Origin: Spartobacteria bacterium
GTDB lineage: Bacteria > Verrucomicrobiota > Verrucomicrobiia > Chthoniobacterales > DASVRZ01
Assembly: GCA_043758065.1 (NCBI GenBank)
Contig: JAYVOE010000078.1
Coordinates: 1-57,223, forward strand
Length of the DNA stretch: 57,223 nucleotides
Direction of reading: 5' to 3'
Positions 18,459-29,000 of the stretch are shown here, piece after piece; within the stretch, counting starts at the first letter, position 1; every line of letters begins with the position of its first letter. The notes below the pieces were generated by a model. It worked only from the letters and a program-made list of their open reading frames with translations. It had not been told where the DNA came from and ran no database searches. Both the position numbers and the translations under genes were made by a program.

Positions 18459-19151
18459 ATGTCTACGCCCGATCTCAAGAACCTCATCCCGGATCTCAAC
18501 AGCAACGCGTATGTCACGGCGATGTCGCATTTCTACCGTGGCGAACTCGGCCGCATCATGTCGTGGCGGCAGCGGTTGGACGTCACGACGAACTGGGCGA
18601 TCACCTGCACGACGACGTTGATCACCGTTTCGTTCTCACTCCCGTCACTTCCGCACATCATCTATTTTTTCAACATCGTCATCGTCTGGATGATGCTCTG
18701 GATCGAGGCGCGGCGTTATCGGTTTTACGATGCGTTTCGAGCTCGGGTGAGAATGTTGGAGTCCCATTTCCTCGTCCCGATTTTACTGCAAAACCAGCAC
18801 TTGCTCGAGGGCGAATGGCGGAAATTGGTCTGCGAAGATTTGATCTTGCCGTCGTTTAAAATCACCGTTCTGGAAGCGGTCGGACGCCGCATGAAGCGAA
18901 ATTACATCTTCCTGTTTGCCATCATTTTAGTCGCGTGGCTGACGAAAATCTTCATTCACGCCGATCCGAAAATCAGCAATTTTCACGACTTCTATCATGC
19001 TCTCGGCGTGTCGCACATTCCGAGCTGGCTGGTCGCCGGACTTTTTGTTTCGACTTACACCGCAGTCATCGTCATCACGATTTACATCGCGAAAAATAGC
19101 TCGGGCGAAGTCAACGAATTTGGCGGCAACCGCCCGATGTGGAGAATATGA
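18459..19151 (+). CDS. DUF2270 family membrane protein
   Basis: MSHFYRGELGRIMSWRQRLDVTTNWAI and EARRYRFYD are characteristic of this family. Confidence 0.7.
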   Translation: MSTPDLKNLIPDLNSNAYVTAMSHFYRGELGRIMSWRQRLDVTTNWAITCTTTLITVSFSLPSLPHIIYFFNIVIVWMMLWIEARRYRFYDAFRARVRMLESHFLVPILLQNQHLLEGEWRKLVCEDLILPSFKITVLEAVGRRMKRNYIFLFAIILVAWLTKIFIHADPKISNFHDFYHALGVSHIPSWLVAGLFVSTYTAVIVITIYIAKNSSGEVNEFGGNRPMWRI

Positions 19152-19936
19152 CCGGAACGATCGGGCAACTTCGGGAAATCGTTACGAAACTGCGTGGACC
19201 AGACGGTTGTCCATGGGACAAGGAACAAACGGCAGCCTCGCTGATTCCGAGTTTTGTCGAGGAAGTCTATGAGGTCATCGACACGATTGATCGGCAGGAT
19301 CACAACCATTTGCGCGAGGAGTTGGGCGATATTTTGCTGCACGTGATCTTTCAGGCGGACATCGCGAGTGACGCAGGACATTTCACGTTTGACGATGTGC
19401 TGGTGGAAATTTGCGAGAAGCTGATCCGTCGTCATCCGCACGTTTTCGGCGCGGGAAAAATGACCGATACCTCGGCTGTTTTGAAGCAATGGGAGGAAAT
19501 CAAGCTCGCGGAGAAAGGCGGCGTGGCGAAACGCAAATCGCTCCTTTCCGACGTGCCGACTTCGTTTCCGGCATTGATGCGCGCAGCCAAATTGCAAGGC
19601 AAAGCTGCGAAGGTCGGCTTCGATTGGCCGAATGCGGAACCGGTGTTTTCCAAGATTGAAGAAGAGGTCGCCGAACTCCGGGAAGCCATCGCAGATAACG
19701 ATGCAACTCAAATGGAAAACGAGTTGGGCGACGTGCTTTTCACCGTCGTCAATCTGGCCCGCAAATTGAAAATCGATCCCGAACTCGCTCTCCAGCGTGC
19801 GTCGAACAAATTCACCTCCCGTTTTTCCAAAGTCGAACAACTCGCCGAAGCCGAAAAACAGGACCTGAAATCGCTTTCGCTCGATCAACTCGACGAACTC
19901 TGGAACACCGCGAAGAGCGAACCGGTCGCATTTTAG
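19148..19936 (+). CDS. mazG: nucleoside triphosphate pyrophosphohydrolase MazG
   Basis: LRGPDGCPWDKEQT and two EExGD/EELGD MazG repeats. ATG at 19148 is preferred to GTG at 19139. Confidence 0.9.
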   Translation: MTGTIGQLREIVTKLRGPDGCPWDKEQTAASLIPSFVEEVYEVIDTIDRQDHNHLREELGDILLHVIFQADIASDAGHFTFDDVLVEICEKLIRRHPHVFGAGKMTDTSAVLKQWEEIKLAEKGGVAKRKSLLSDVPTSFPALMRAAKLQGKAAKVGFDWPNAEPVFSKIEEEVAELREAIADNDATQMENELGDVLFTVVNLARKLKIDPELALQRASNKFTSRFSKVEQLAEAEKQDLKSLSLDQLDELWNTAKSEPVAF

Positions 19937-19977
19937 GGTTTGCAGCCTGAGCGTCAGGCATTTACCTTCCGCGCCTC

Positions 19978-20391
19978 ATGCAAACCACTCTCATTTTACT
20001 CAAACCCGACTGCGTTAAAGGCGCACACGTTGGCGAAGTCATTGGCCGCTTTGAAAGCGCCGGATTCCAAATCGCTGGCTGCAAAATGCTTTTCGCGACC
20101 GACGCCCTCCTCCACGAGCATTACGCGCACATCGCCAGCAAACCGTTTTTCCCAGAAGTCGTGGAATTTATGCAATCCAGCCCGGTCATCGCTCTAGCGA
20201 TTCGCGGCGACAATGTGGTGGAAAAAGTCCGCGATTTGCTCGGCCCGACCGATTCCAAAAAAGCCGCTCCCGGCACGATTCGCGGCGATCTCGGCAAGGA
20301 CGTGATGATTAACGTCGTCCACGCTTCCGATTCTTTAGAGAACGCCGCAGTCGAGCTGAAACGCTTCTTTCTCGACTCAGAAATTTTTTAA
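19978..20391 (+). CDS. ndk: nucleoside-diphosphate kinase
   Basis: 137 aa with TLILLKPD, IRGDLG and NVVHASDS (catalytic His) motifs. Confidence 0.95.
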   Translation: MQTTLILLKPDCVKGAHVGEVIGRFESAGFQIAGCKMLFATDALLHEHYAHIASKPFFPEVVEFMQSSPVIALAIRGDNVVEKVRDLLGPTDSKKAAPGTIRGDLGKDVMINVVHASDSLENAAVELKRFFLDSEIF

Positions 20392-20428
20392 GTTGCCCAT
20401 TGCGGCAGATCGTTCAGCGTTTGGAATC

Positions 20429-21232
20429 ATGAGTTTTCCCCGACCTCTGCTTTCTTCGATCGTTGTGTTTTCGCTGGCCGGCTCGATCCTAGCCACATCG
20501 ATCACGGGCGGCGGCGAGACGGTGGAAACAACGCCGACGCCACGACCCGGATTTTCCCAGCCAGTCGGTGAGGCGACCCCAACTCCGATGGAAACTCCGG
20601 CTGAAACGGTGGAACCTACACCGGAATTGGCGCAATCCATGGATCTGAAACGGCTTTTAGACGGGGCCCGAATTGATTTCCGGAATAAAAATTACGACGA
20701 TGCGCTGGAGAAAGTTCGCAAGGCCGAGGCTCTGAAACCTGACCAGCCCGAGATCATCAATTTCCGCGGAGCCATCTATGCGGAGACGGGGCGTTATCCC
20801 GAAGCGGTCGCTCTTTACGAGAAATCGCTCGCCATTAATCCGAACAGCTTTTGGCCCGCTTTTAACATTGGCGAAGTGGATTTTATCCAAGGGAAATACG
20901 CCGATGCACGGGTGAAGTTCCAGAAGATGCTGGATAAATTGCCGAAGAACGAACTTCTTCGGTTCAAAATCGTGTTGACCTATCTGCTGGAAAAAGATGA
21001 CAAGGCAGCCAAGGCGGAACTGGATAAATTCACGTTCCCAGCGAACACGGCAGCACGCGAATTTGCCATGGCCGCTTGGGAATTTTCCCATGGCAATCCA
21101 GAAAAAGGAAAGGAATGGGTGGACTCCGGGACGCGGATTTTTGGTTTGAGCCGCACGGATTTCACTTATGAAACCTTGGGCGATTTGAAATGGGTTCCCC
21201 TGCCCCGACCGACCCCCAATCCGTCGAGATAA
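20429..21232 (+). CDS. secreted tetratricopeptide-repeat protein
   Basis: Signal-like N-terminus MSFPRPLLSSIVVFSLAGS followed by TPR-like helices (YDDALEKVRKAEALKPD..). TTG at 20393 is an alternative start. Confidence 0.65.
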   Translation: MSFPRPLLSSIVVFSLAGSILATSITGGGETVETTPTPRPGFSQPVGEATPTPMETPAETVEPTPELAQSMDLKRLLDGARIDFRNKNYDDALEKVRKAEALKPDQPEIINFRGAIYAETGRYPEAVALYEKSLAINPNSFWPAFNIGEVDFIQGKYADARVKFQKMLDKLPKNELLRFKIVLTYLLEKDDKAAKAELDKFTFPANTAAREFAMAAWEFSHGNPEKGKEWVDSGTRIFGLSRTDFTYETLGDLKWVPLPRPTPNPSR

Positions 21233-21238
21233 AAAGGG

Positions 21239-22246
21239 CTATCTTTCCCGAATCGGGAGACTCGCCCCATCCATCCATGTGGAGCCGATCATCATGGATC
21301 GTGGAAACGGCGGAAGGCCGGATTCATTGCGATGGATTTGGCCAATGAGAATATCCACGGCCGCCGCTCCGACTTTGTCGTTATTTTGATTCGTGCCCGC
21401 CCAATCGGTGAGTTTTGGGTCCCAATCGAGGTGGGCGAAACCGACTCGATCGCCGCCGGGAAGTTTTTTGGCCCATTCTCGGAGGATCACCTTGTCCGTT
21501 AAAATCGCGTCCGGCTTGGTTTTCTTAAACCAATTTCCAAAGGCCGTCTCATCCGTGAAATAAAGCAGCGGCAAAACCGTTTTTGCGTCGGGATTTTTTT
21601 GAGCCGTATGGTACCCGGCTGAAAAACGGTATTCGACGGCGCGGTCCATCTGCTCGGAAATGACCATGCCCGGACGCGAGTAACCGTGTTTGAAAATTTT
21701 TTCCATCGCAGTTAGGGCGGTATCGTACTGATCGTTGCAAGCGTAGTGCGGCGATGGGTTCACCAGCTTCCGGCCGATCGCCACACTGGCGAAACCGGGA
21801 AAAAGCGCATGCTCCTCAGGGTCTATTGACGAGTCATCAAAAACTGCTGCCAAAATGATGCCGCGAATGTTGCGCGACTGAAGGATTTTCAGACGTCGCG
21901 CCGGGTTGATCTCCGGCTCATGCAGCCAGAAATAGTCGATTTCGTAGCCGAGTCCATGAGCGCGCTCCCTGGCTCCTCGCAGCCAGCTTTGGAAGGTGGA
22001 AAGTGATTTGAGTTCCGCGTCGTCGGGACAGGCATTGAGAAAAGCGAGGGTTGCTTGAAACTTCGGTTCCCGGCTGGAGCGAAGCTGCGCCATGAGGTTG
22101 GCGACGGTCGGATTGCTGCGGTAGCCGAGACGTTCCGCGACCTCTTTGATTTTGCGCCGCGTTTCCGGTCGAATCCGGGGATCATCACGTAAAGCGAGGG
22201 AGACTGTCGCCTTACCGACGCCAGCTTGGGTCGCAACATCTTGCAT
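21239..22246 (-). CDS. LacI family transcriptional regulator
   Basis: MQDVATQAGVGKATVSLALRDDP HTH followed by a periplasmic-binding-protein-like fold. Divergent from the GH13 genes. Confidence 0.85.
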   Translation of the reverse strand: MQDVATQAGVGKATVSLALRDDPRIRPETRRKIKEVAERLGYRSNPTVANLMAQLRSSREPKFQATLAFLNACPDDAELKSLSTFQSWLRGARERAHGLGYEIDYFWLHEPEINPARRLKILQSRNIRGIILAAVFDDSSIDPEEHALFPGFASVAIGRKLVNPSPHYACNDQYDTALTAMEKIFKHGYSRPGMVISEQMDRAVEYRFSAGYHTAQKNPDAKTVLPLLYFTDETAFGNWFKKTKPDAILTDKVILREWAKKLPGGDRVGFAHLDWDPKLTDWAGTNQNNDKVGAAAVDILIGQIHRNESGLPPFPRSMMIGSTWMDGASLPIRER

Positions 22247-22351
22247 TCGGGGTTTTTGCACTTTGAACTGTATTCTGGGGATTCCCGTTTGGGTAGGGCA
22301 AAATTTGTGATATTTTCCCAAAGTCCGATTTTTTAGAGGAACGTATCTTTA

Positions 22352-22831
22352 TTGGACCATGCCCCCATGCGCAAACTCGCCCGCTTTCTCCTCCTTCTCT
22401 GCTTCCTCCAGAGTCTGCCCGACTCACTCCGGGGCGAGGCGATGCTGCAATATTTCAATACGAGTTGGAGTGAAATCACCGACAAAATGCCGGAGCTCGC
22501 CGAGGCCGGCTACGATTCGCTCTGGGTGCCGCCGCCGACCAAAGGCAGCGGTGGATTGTCCGTCGGCTACGATCTTTGGGATCGCTTCGATCTCGGAAGC
22601 AAAGATCAGCGTAACACGGTCAGCACCCGATACGGCACCGAGAGCGATTTGCTTCGCATGGTGGAAACCGCGCATCGCTTCGGCATCCGGGTGTATTTCG
22701 ATAATATCATGAACCACAACGCGTTCGATATTCCCGGCTATAACGCTGACACTCCGATCGATATTTATCCGGGGATGGTGCCGGAGGATTTTCACCTCAA
22801 AAAGACGGGCGACGGATTTTATCGCAAATAG
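22352..22831 (+). CDS. GH13 fragment 1: signal peptide plus catalytic region I
   Basis: MRKLARFLLLLCFLQSL signal peptide (ATG at 22367), YDSLWVPPPTKG and VYFDNIMNHN motifs. Ends at an in-frame TAG. Confidence 0.7.
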   Translation: MDHAPMRKLARFLLLLCFLQSLPDSLRGEAMLQYFNTSWSEITDKMPELAEAGYDSLWVPPPTKGSGGLSVGYDLWDRFDLGSKDQRNTVSTRYGTESDLLRMVETAHRFGIRVYFDNIMNHNAFDIPGYNADTPIDIYPGMVPEDFHLKKTGDGFYRK

Positions 22832-23061
22832 GATAACACCCGCAGCTATGGCGACGCCTGGCAGGTGCAACATCTCGGGTTGGCGGATCTGATCGACATT
22901 GCCCAGGAACCGGCCCCACGAACGAAAACTTTGGTGCCACCGAAGGCTCCACGTTTCCCAAGATCAAGTTCGTTCGCCAGCCAGACAATCCCGAATACTA
23001 CGCCTATAAACCTGATGGGACTTACGTTGGATTCGGGCCCGGCAATGGAATTACCACGGCG

Positions 23062-26000
23062 ATGCTCACCGACCCGGCGAACGCCAATGTTTACTCTGAG
23101 CGCGTCGAGGATTTCCTCAATCGCGCCGCTCGCTGGCTGATCGACCGCACCCAAGTCGATGGTCTTCGGATGGACGCGGTGAAGCACGTCCGGGGAGATT
23201 TCTTTGGGGCAACAGGTGCCGGGGCCGACACCAGCGACTACGGCTACACGGGACAGATTCAGCGTCAGTTCAATCTCACTCGTGGCTTTAGCGATGCGAA
23301 CCATCGGGACACGGTTTTTGACACGGAAAAACCACGCGACGACGCCATGCTTTTCGGCGAGCACCTCGGCGAACCTCCCGGTTACAGCGACTATTTGAAT
23401 ACGGGAATGCGGCTGGTGGATAACCAACTTCGCCAAAACCTGAACGACAAACTGGGCAATCCTTCCAATGGGTTGAACGGCTACGACTCGCCGGGAGCCG
23501 GTGGTTTTTCTCCTGAGACCGGCGTCATGCACGCGCAGAGTCACGACAACGACTACGCCTCGCGGCCAGAGTTGCAGCAGGCGTTCTATTACACTCGGGC
23601 CGGGCTCGGTCTGCTCTACACGGATGGCAATAATCAGGCGGAAACGCTGGGCGAAAGCGGCGGCGCATTTCCACGTCACTCGAATACAAATTTCCTCGGT
23701 CAATACGGCGACGTTCGTATTCCGAACTTGCTCTACATCCACAATCAATTTGCGCGCGGCTACCAGGTTGGTCACTATTCTGACGCGGATTACGTCGCCT
23801 ACGAGCGCATCGACAAACGTGAGAAACCGACGATGACCGATGCCTACGGCGTGACGATGCTGTTCATGTTGAATGACAACTACGCCAACGGCCAGGCGCG
23901 TTCGTTTGCGACGAGCTTTCCGGCAGTTTCATTTGGGTCCAATGCGTATCTCTACAATTACTCCAGCTACGGCAGCGGCTTCTTCAAATATGCATCCGAG
24001 TTAGGTTCGACTGTGGTCCCGCCCGGCGGCTACTTCGCGTTCTCCTGGAAAAATCCCGATCCCTCCAATCTCTGGGCCAACGGCGGCGGAAAGCCGATTA
24101 CGATTCTGCAAAACGGCCAGCCCATCGGCTCCATGAGCTACGTTCGCAAAGACGGCCGCGACGGCGATAAGGCTTTCAACCCTTACAATCTGCCGGACAC
24201 GAACAAAACGGATTTGAGTTACACTTATACCGTGCCGCGCGTGACCAACGGCACGAATCTGTCCTTCGTCGCACGCACCGACGGCTCCGCCGAAAACATC
24301 CTCCTCGAACTCGACGGCGGCATCGACATTAACTCACAAATTCCGCTCGGCCCCGTCACTGGCGACAAGCGCGACAACCCTCCCGCAATCGCGACCGACA
24401 CCTTTCTCGGCTACGAGCAAATGCAGTTTGACCACCGGCAATACGCCGAAAAATTTGCCGCGACGGACACTGCTCGCTGCACCTTCGGATCGGCGGGCGC
24501 AGAGACATTCACTGGCGGCGGCGCGACCATCAACGGCTTCGGCACCAATCCCCAGGACGCAGACGCAGCAGGATTCGTTTATCACGATCCCAATGCAGGC
24601 TTTAGCGGCTGGAGCGGAACGGCCGACACCAAACAATACAACGTCAGCGGTTCGACTGTTAACATTTGGGCGAAAACCAACTCAGTCGGCGGCGGTTATC
24701 TGATGTTCATTTACTACACCACCGACGGCACAAATCCCGAAGGCGCAGGTGGAGTCGGCAACGGCAGCACCACCGTCGAATCTATCTACGTTTCTCCCAA
24801 CACAACCCCAGACAATGGTAACTGGTGGCGCGGTCAAATCTCGCCCGTCCCGACCGGCACGCTGAAATACAAAATCGGCATCTACAAAGACAATTCTCCA
24901 GGTGCTGTGCCGAGCATTTTCCCAACGGGCGCAACCGAAGTCGCCAGGAAAAAGAACATGATGACCGTGTTCAAAATCAACAACTTCAACGCCGTCACCG
25001 CTCCTTATCGTCCGCATAACGATTATGGAGCAACCGTCACCGGCCTCAGCGAAGGCTTCCATTTTCTACGTGCTCGCGCCTTCCTCAATCGCGCTGGTCG
25101 CGCCTCCATTTACAACACGTTTACCCAGACGTTTTATTACGACGCTGAATCGCCTCAAAGTGAAATCAAATTTCCGGCCACCGACGGCTCGACGCTGAAT
25201 GGCCAGACTTACGGCATCGTCGCTCGTGGCGATGTGAGCGTCAAAGACGCCTGGATGCATATCGACGACATGGATTCCACGAATGACGATGTCGTTACAC
25301 GGGTCGCAAATGGAAATGGCACCGGGTTTGAGCCGTTCGTTGATACCAAGATTAATGACGTTTACAACGGCACTTGGGACACGGGCGAGACCTTTACCGA
25401 CCTGAACGGCAACGGCGTTTGGGACAATAACGTTCCAGCCTGGATCAAAATTAGCGAAGTCACACCGAGCACCACCATTACCAGCACTTATCCACGCGAA
25501 TGGCGTGCCGATTATCGCAACATTGCCGCCAGCGGCACCGGCGCGATCAAAGTCCGGTTGCGCGAACTATCGTCCTCCAACAACCTTTTTGATTCGAGTT
25601 CCAACGATATCAGCGACGCCACCGGTCATTTCACCACCCTCATCCGCACGTTCACCGCAGCGGGCGATCCGCAACGGATGTTCATCGCGTTTCCATCGAC
25701 GGACGGCCAGACGGTTGGCGAAGGCTACGTTATGAAAGTCCGCTTCAGCGACTCCCTCGGAAACAATGTGGATGACGCGACGCTCAAGAGCCGTTTCGTG
25801 GTGAAAATCGCCAGCAGCGAATCCGGCGCAATGACCGGATTGGTCACGCAAAGCGCCGCTAGTTTCCAGATCATTCGCGGGTCCGCTTCCGGCTCCGATG
25901 ACCTCGCGTTTACCATCCCGAATCTCTACAACGGCTTACCGGATTTCGTTCACACGATCCAAGTGACACTCACTCGCCCGGGTAATTCGGCGCTGGTCAC

Positions 26001-29000
26001 CACACGTCAGGTCAAAGCCACGCCGACTGCGCAAGGGTCGTTCGTCACGATTAAAAACCCACCGGAGTTCGATTCCGATGGCAAACGTTACGAAATCATC
26101 CTTCCTGACGTTGCCAACCCGACACCGGCTCAACGGCAGACCACCATCGCCATTGAGACTAGCACCGACGTTCAATCGGTTAACATCACCTTTGCTAACA
26201 ATGCCAGAACAGCCACGCTCGCGACCTCTACGGAGACCGCGTTGAAGGCATTTGTTAGTGTCACCAATGGCAGTGCTAACATCACTGGCACTGAGCAAAC
26301 TCTCACCGGCACACTGACTTCCAGCGGCACTAACGTCACCGGCACTGGCACCGCTTTCACGAGCGAACTTTCCATTGGCGACATCATTCGAGTTGGAACG
26401 AATTCACTAACAGTCGCCACTATTCCAAGTGCCACCAGCCTGGCCGTCTCGCTCGCGCCGACCACTCCATTTATAAATGCCGTAGGCTATCTCCAACCGC
26501 AGTTCGATCAGAATCTTTCTGTCGGAAACATCCTCCGCATCGGCTCGACGACTTACACCGTTTCGCAAATCAATTCCGCCTCCAGTGTCACGCTGAATTC
26601 CAATTACACAGGTAGCACTGCAACTGGACTCACCGTCTATCGCGTCGATGGAAATCCGGTGGTTGTCGGCAGTAAAAAGAACTGGACCTTCAACTGGACC
26701 GGCATGACCGCTGGCTCTTTCACGTTCACCGCAACGGCGCATCCCGCAACAGGTTCCGATGTTACCGCCACCAGAAATGCGACGGTGCTTTTCCGGCAAA
26801 TCGTCGCCAGCGATCCGAACGATCTCGACGATGACGACGATGGCATTCCGGACATCAATGAGACGACGACCACCGCGTTGCCGACAACCAACGCCGAGAC
26901 TTGGAAGAGCTCCGAAGTGCTCGCGTATTACACGAACGGCCATACGAACCCATTAGGCCCTGACTCCGATGGAGACGGCTTGCCCGACGCTCTTGAACTT
27001 GGCCAACGCACAGCCTCCAATCCGCCAACCGATCCCGCTGCGGACACGAACGGCGATGGATTCAAAAACTTCATCGGCGACCTCGATCCTCCTTTCTACA
27101 ACACGCTCGGTGCGGATTATCCGAATGATAATCCCAACTCTAACTACGGTCGTGTGCCGAATGTTAACAGCTCCAGCGAAGGCGGCGATCGTGCTGCACT
27201 TAAGGGCGGCACTACCACCAGTCCAAACGATCCCGACTCGGATCACGACGGCATCATGGACGGCATCGAAGACGCCAACCACAACGGCTGGGTCGATGGC
27301 GACGGCGAAGTATTGCCGCCTACATTTCTCCCTTACTCCACTCGTAAATGGCCCAATGGAAAAATGGACCCCGGCGAAACCTGGACCGAAACCGATCCAA
27401 ATAATTCCGACACCGACGGTGACGGATTACAGGACGGCTACGGCGAAGACAAAAACTTCAACGGCTTCATCGACGGCGATACTAACAAAAACCGCATCTA
27501 CGATTCCGGCGAACTCTGGAGCGAAACCAATCCCCTTTCCGCAGACACCGACGGCGACGGCTTGCCCGATGGCTGGGAAGTCAACAACGGTCTCGACCCG
27601 CTCGACAACGGCACGACTAACATGCGCACCGGCGGCGCAGGAAATCCCGTCAACGGAGCCAGCGGCAACCCCGATGGCGACACCATTCTCGTCAACGGAC
27701 AACCAGTTCCTTACACGAATATTCTGGAGCTAACCAATGGCACCGACCCGCAAACTCCTAACACTATTTTGCCTCCACCGCCCGGCTCCATTGTCATTGG
27801 ACCACAAGCGCCGGTTACAGTCGGCGCAGTCACTAACCTCAAGGAATTTACTGATTGGACTTCCAACGATCTCATCGCCCTCGACGAATACGATGGCGAC
27901 GGCACTAACAATCAAGGCGGCGACATTTACCACGCCAACGACGGTTTTGATTCGAGTCGCGACCTAACGGCATTTTACGCGCACGACGGTGGCGATACCG
28001 CAGTTGGTGGCGACGGAAACTTTTATTTCCGCGTGGACATGGAAGATCTCGTGGCCAATGCAGAAGCCGGAAATCTGGACATCTACGTCGCCATCGACAC
28101 CGGAAATCCAGACGTGGGCGAATTCAACTTGCCGGATGAAGTCGACACCGGAACCAACATGCGCTGGGAAGCTGTCGTAGCCTGTTATTCGACTAACAAT
28201 GGCCGCGTTTATATTGATACCAACCCTACCAGCAACACCACGGCAATTGGGCAAAATCTAGCAAATTTCGGCGTGATCTCGCGCGATCAGACCGCCGCAA
28301 ACGGCTTCAAGAAAGCCTATTACAATTCCGACCTCGACTCCGTGGAATTCTCGATCAGCCGTCAGGCTTTGCGCGATGCGGGATGGAACGGCGATCCTAA
28401 CGTTCTGAACTTCCAAGTCTTCACCACAAAAGACGGCACAGGTGATAGCCCGGTCGGCCCGGGAAATATTGGCGGCCGCTCTGACATTCGCGACACGATC
28501 TACGACGACTGGATTGCGTCGGATTATTACAAGGATCAGACTAACATCGCTGGCAGCAAAAGCGTCCTAACATCGTGGTTCAGCACGCGCCCGAATCAAC
28601 CCGCCGGACGCGGCTCGAACGATCGCGGCAAACGCGCGAAATTTGCATTCGTGTCCCATGTGAATCAGGCCATCGTTCCTGGAAGTCAGATTCAGGCAAA
28701 GATCAACAACGACGCTGGTGCCGGATATTACCGTCCGCTTGACGTCCACCAGGCGTATGCAGCTCCGCTCAATTTGCACATCACGCCGACTACCGCGTCC
28801 GCCATTCAGTGGGCCAAAGTCGATCCTGCAATCAACAAGCCGTATCTCGACGGCCCGACGTTTAACAACCGCATCCGGACACTTTCTCAGTCGAGTTCCA
28901 TCGATATCCTGGGCACCACTTTCTCGGATCATCCTCTGCCGTATTTCACGACAAGCTTCAATACGGACAACGTGGCGTTGAGCGCGGATTTCCTCAGCCA

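Noticed and set aside
22247-22366. LacI-type palindromic operator between the regulator and the GH13 gene
   Set aside because: I found only weak AT-rich symmetry (aaaatttgtgatatttt) and nothing resembling the TGnAAnCGnTTnCA-type consensus, so I cannot support a call.
22846-23775. 309-aa ORF antisense to the GH13 domain. Similar long antisense ORFs lie at 35928..36872, 37060..37887, 47844..48698 and 19082..19888.
   Set aside because: Each lies opposite a gene with unmistakable family motifs (GH13, Gfo/Idh/MocA, thyA, aminotransferase, mazG). They are typical stop-poor antisense frames of GC-rich coding DNA.
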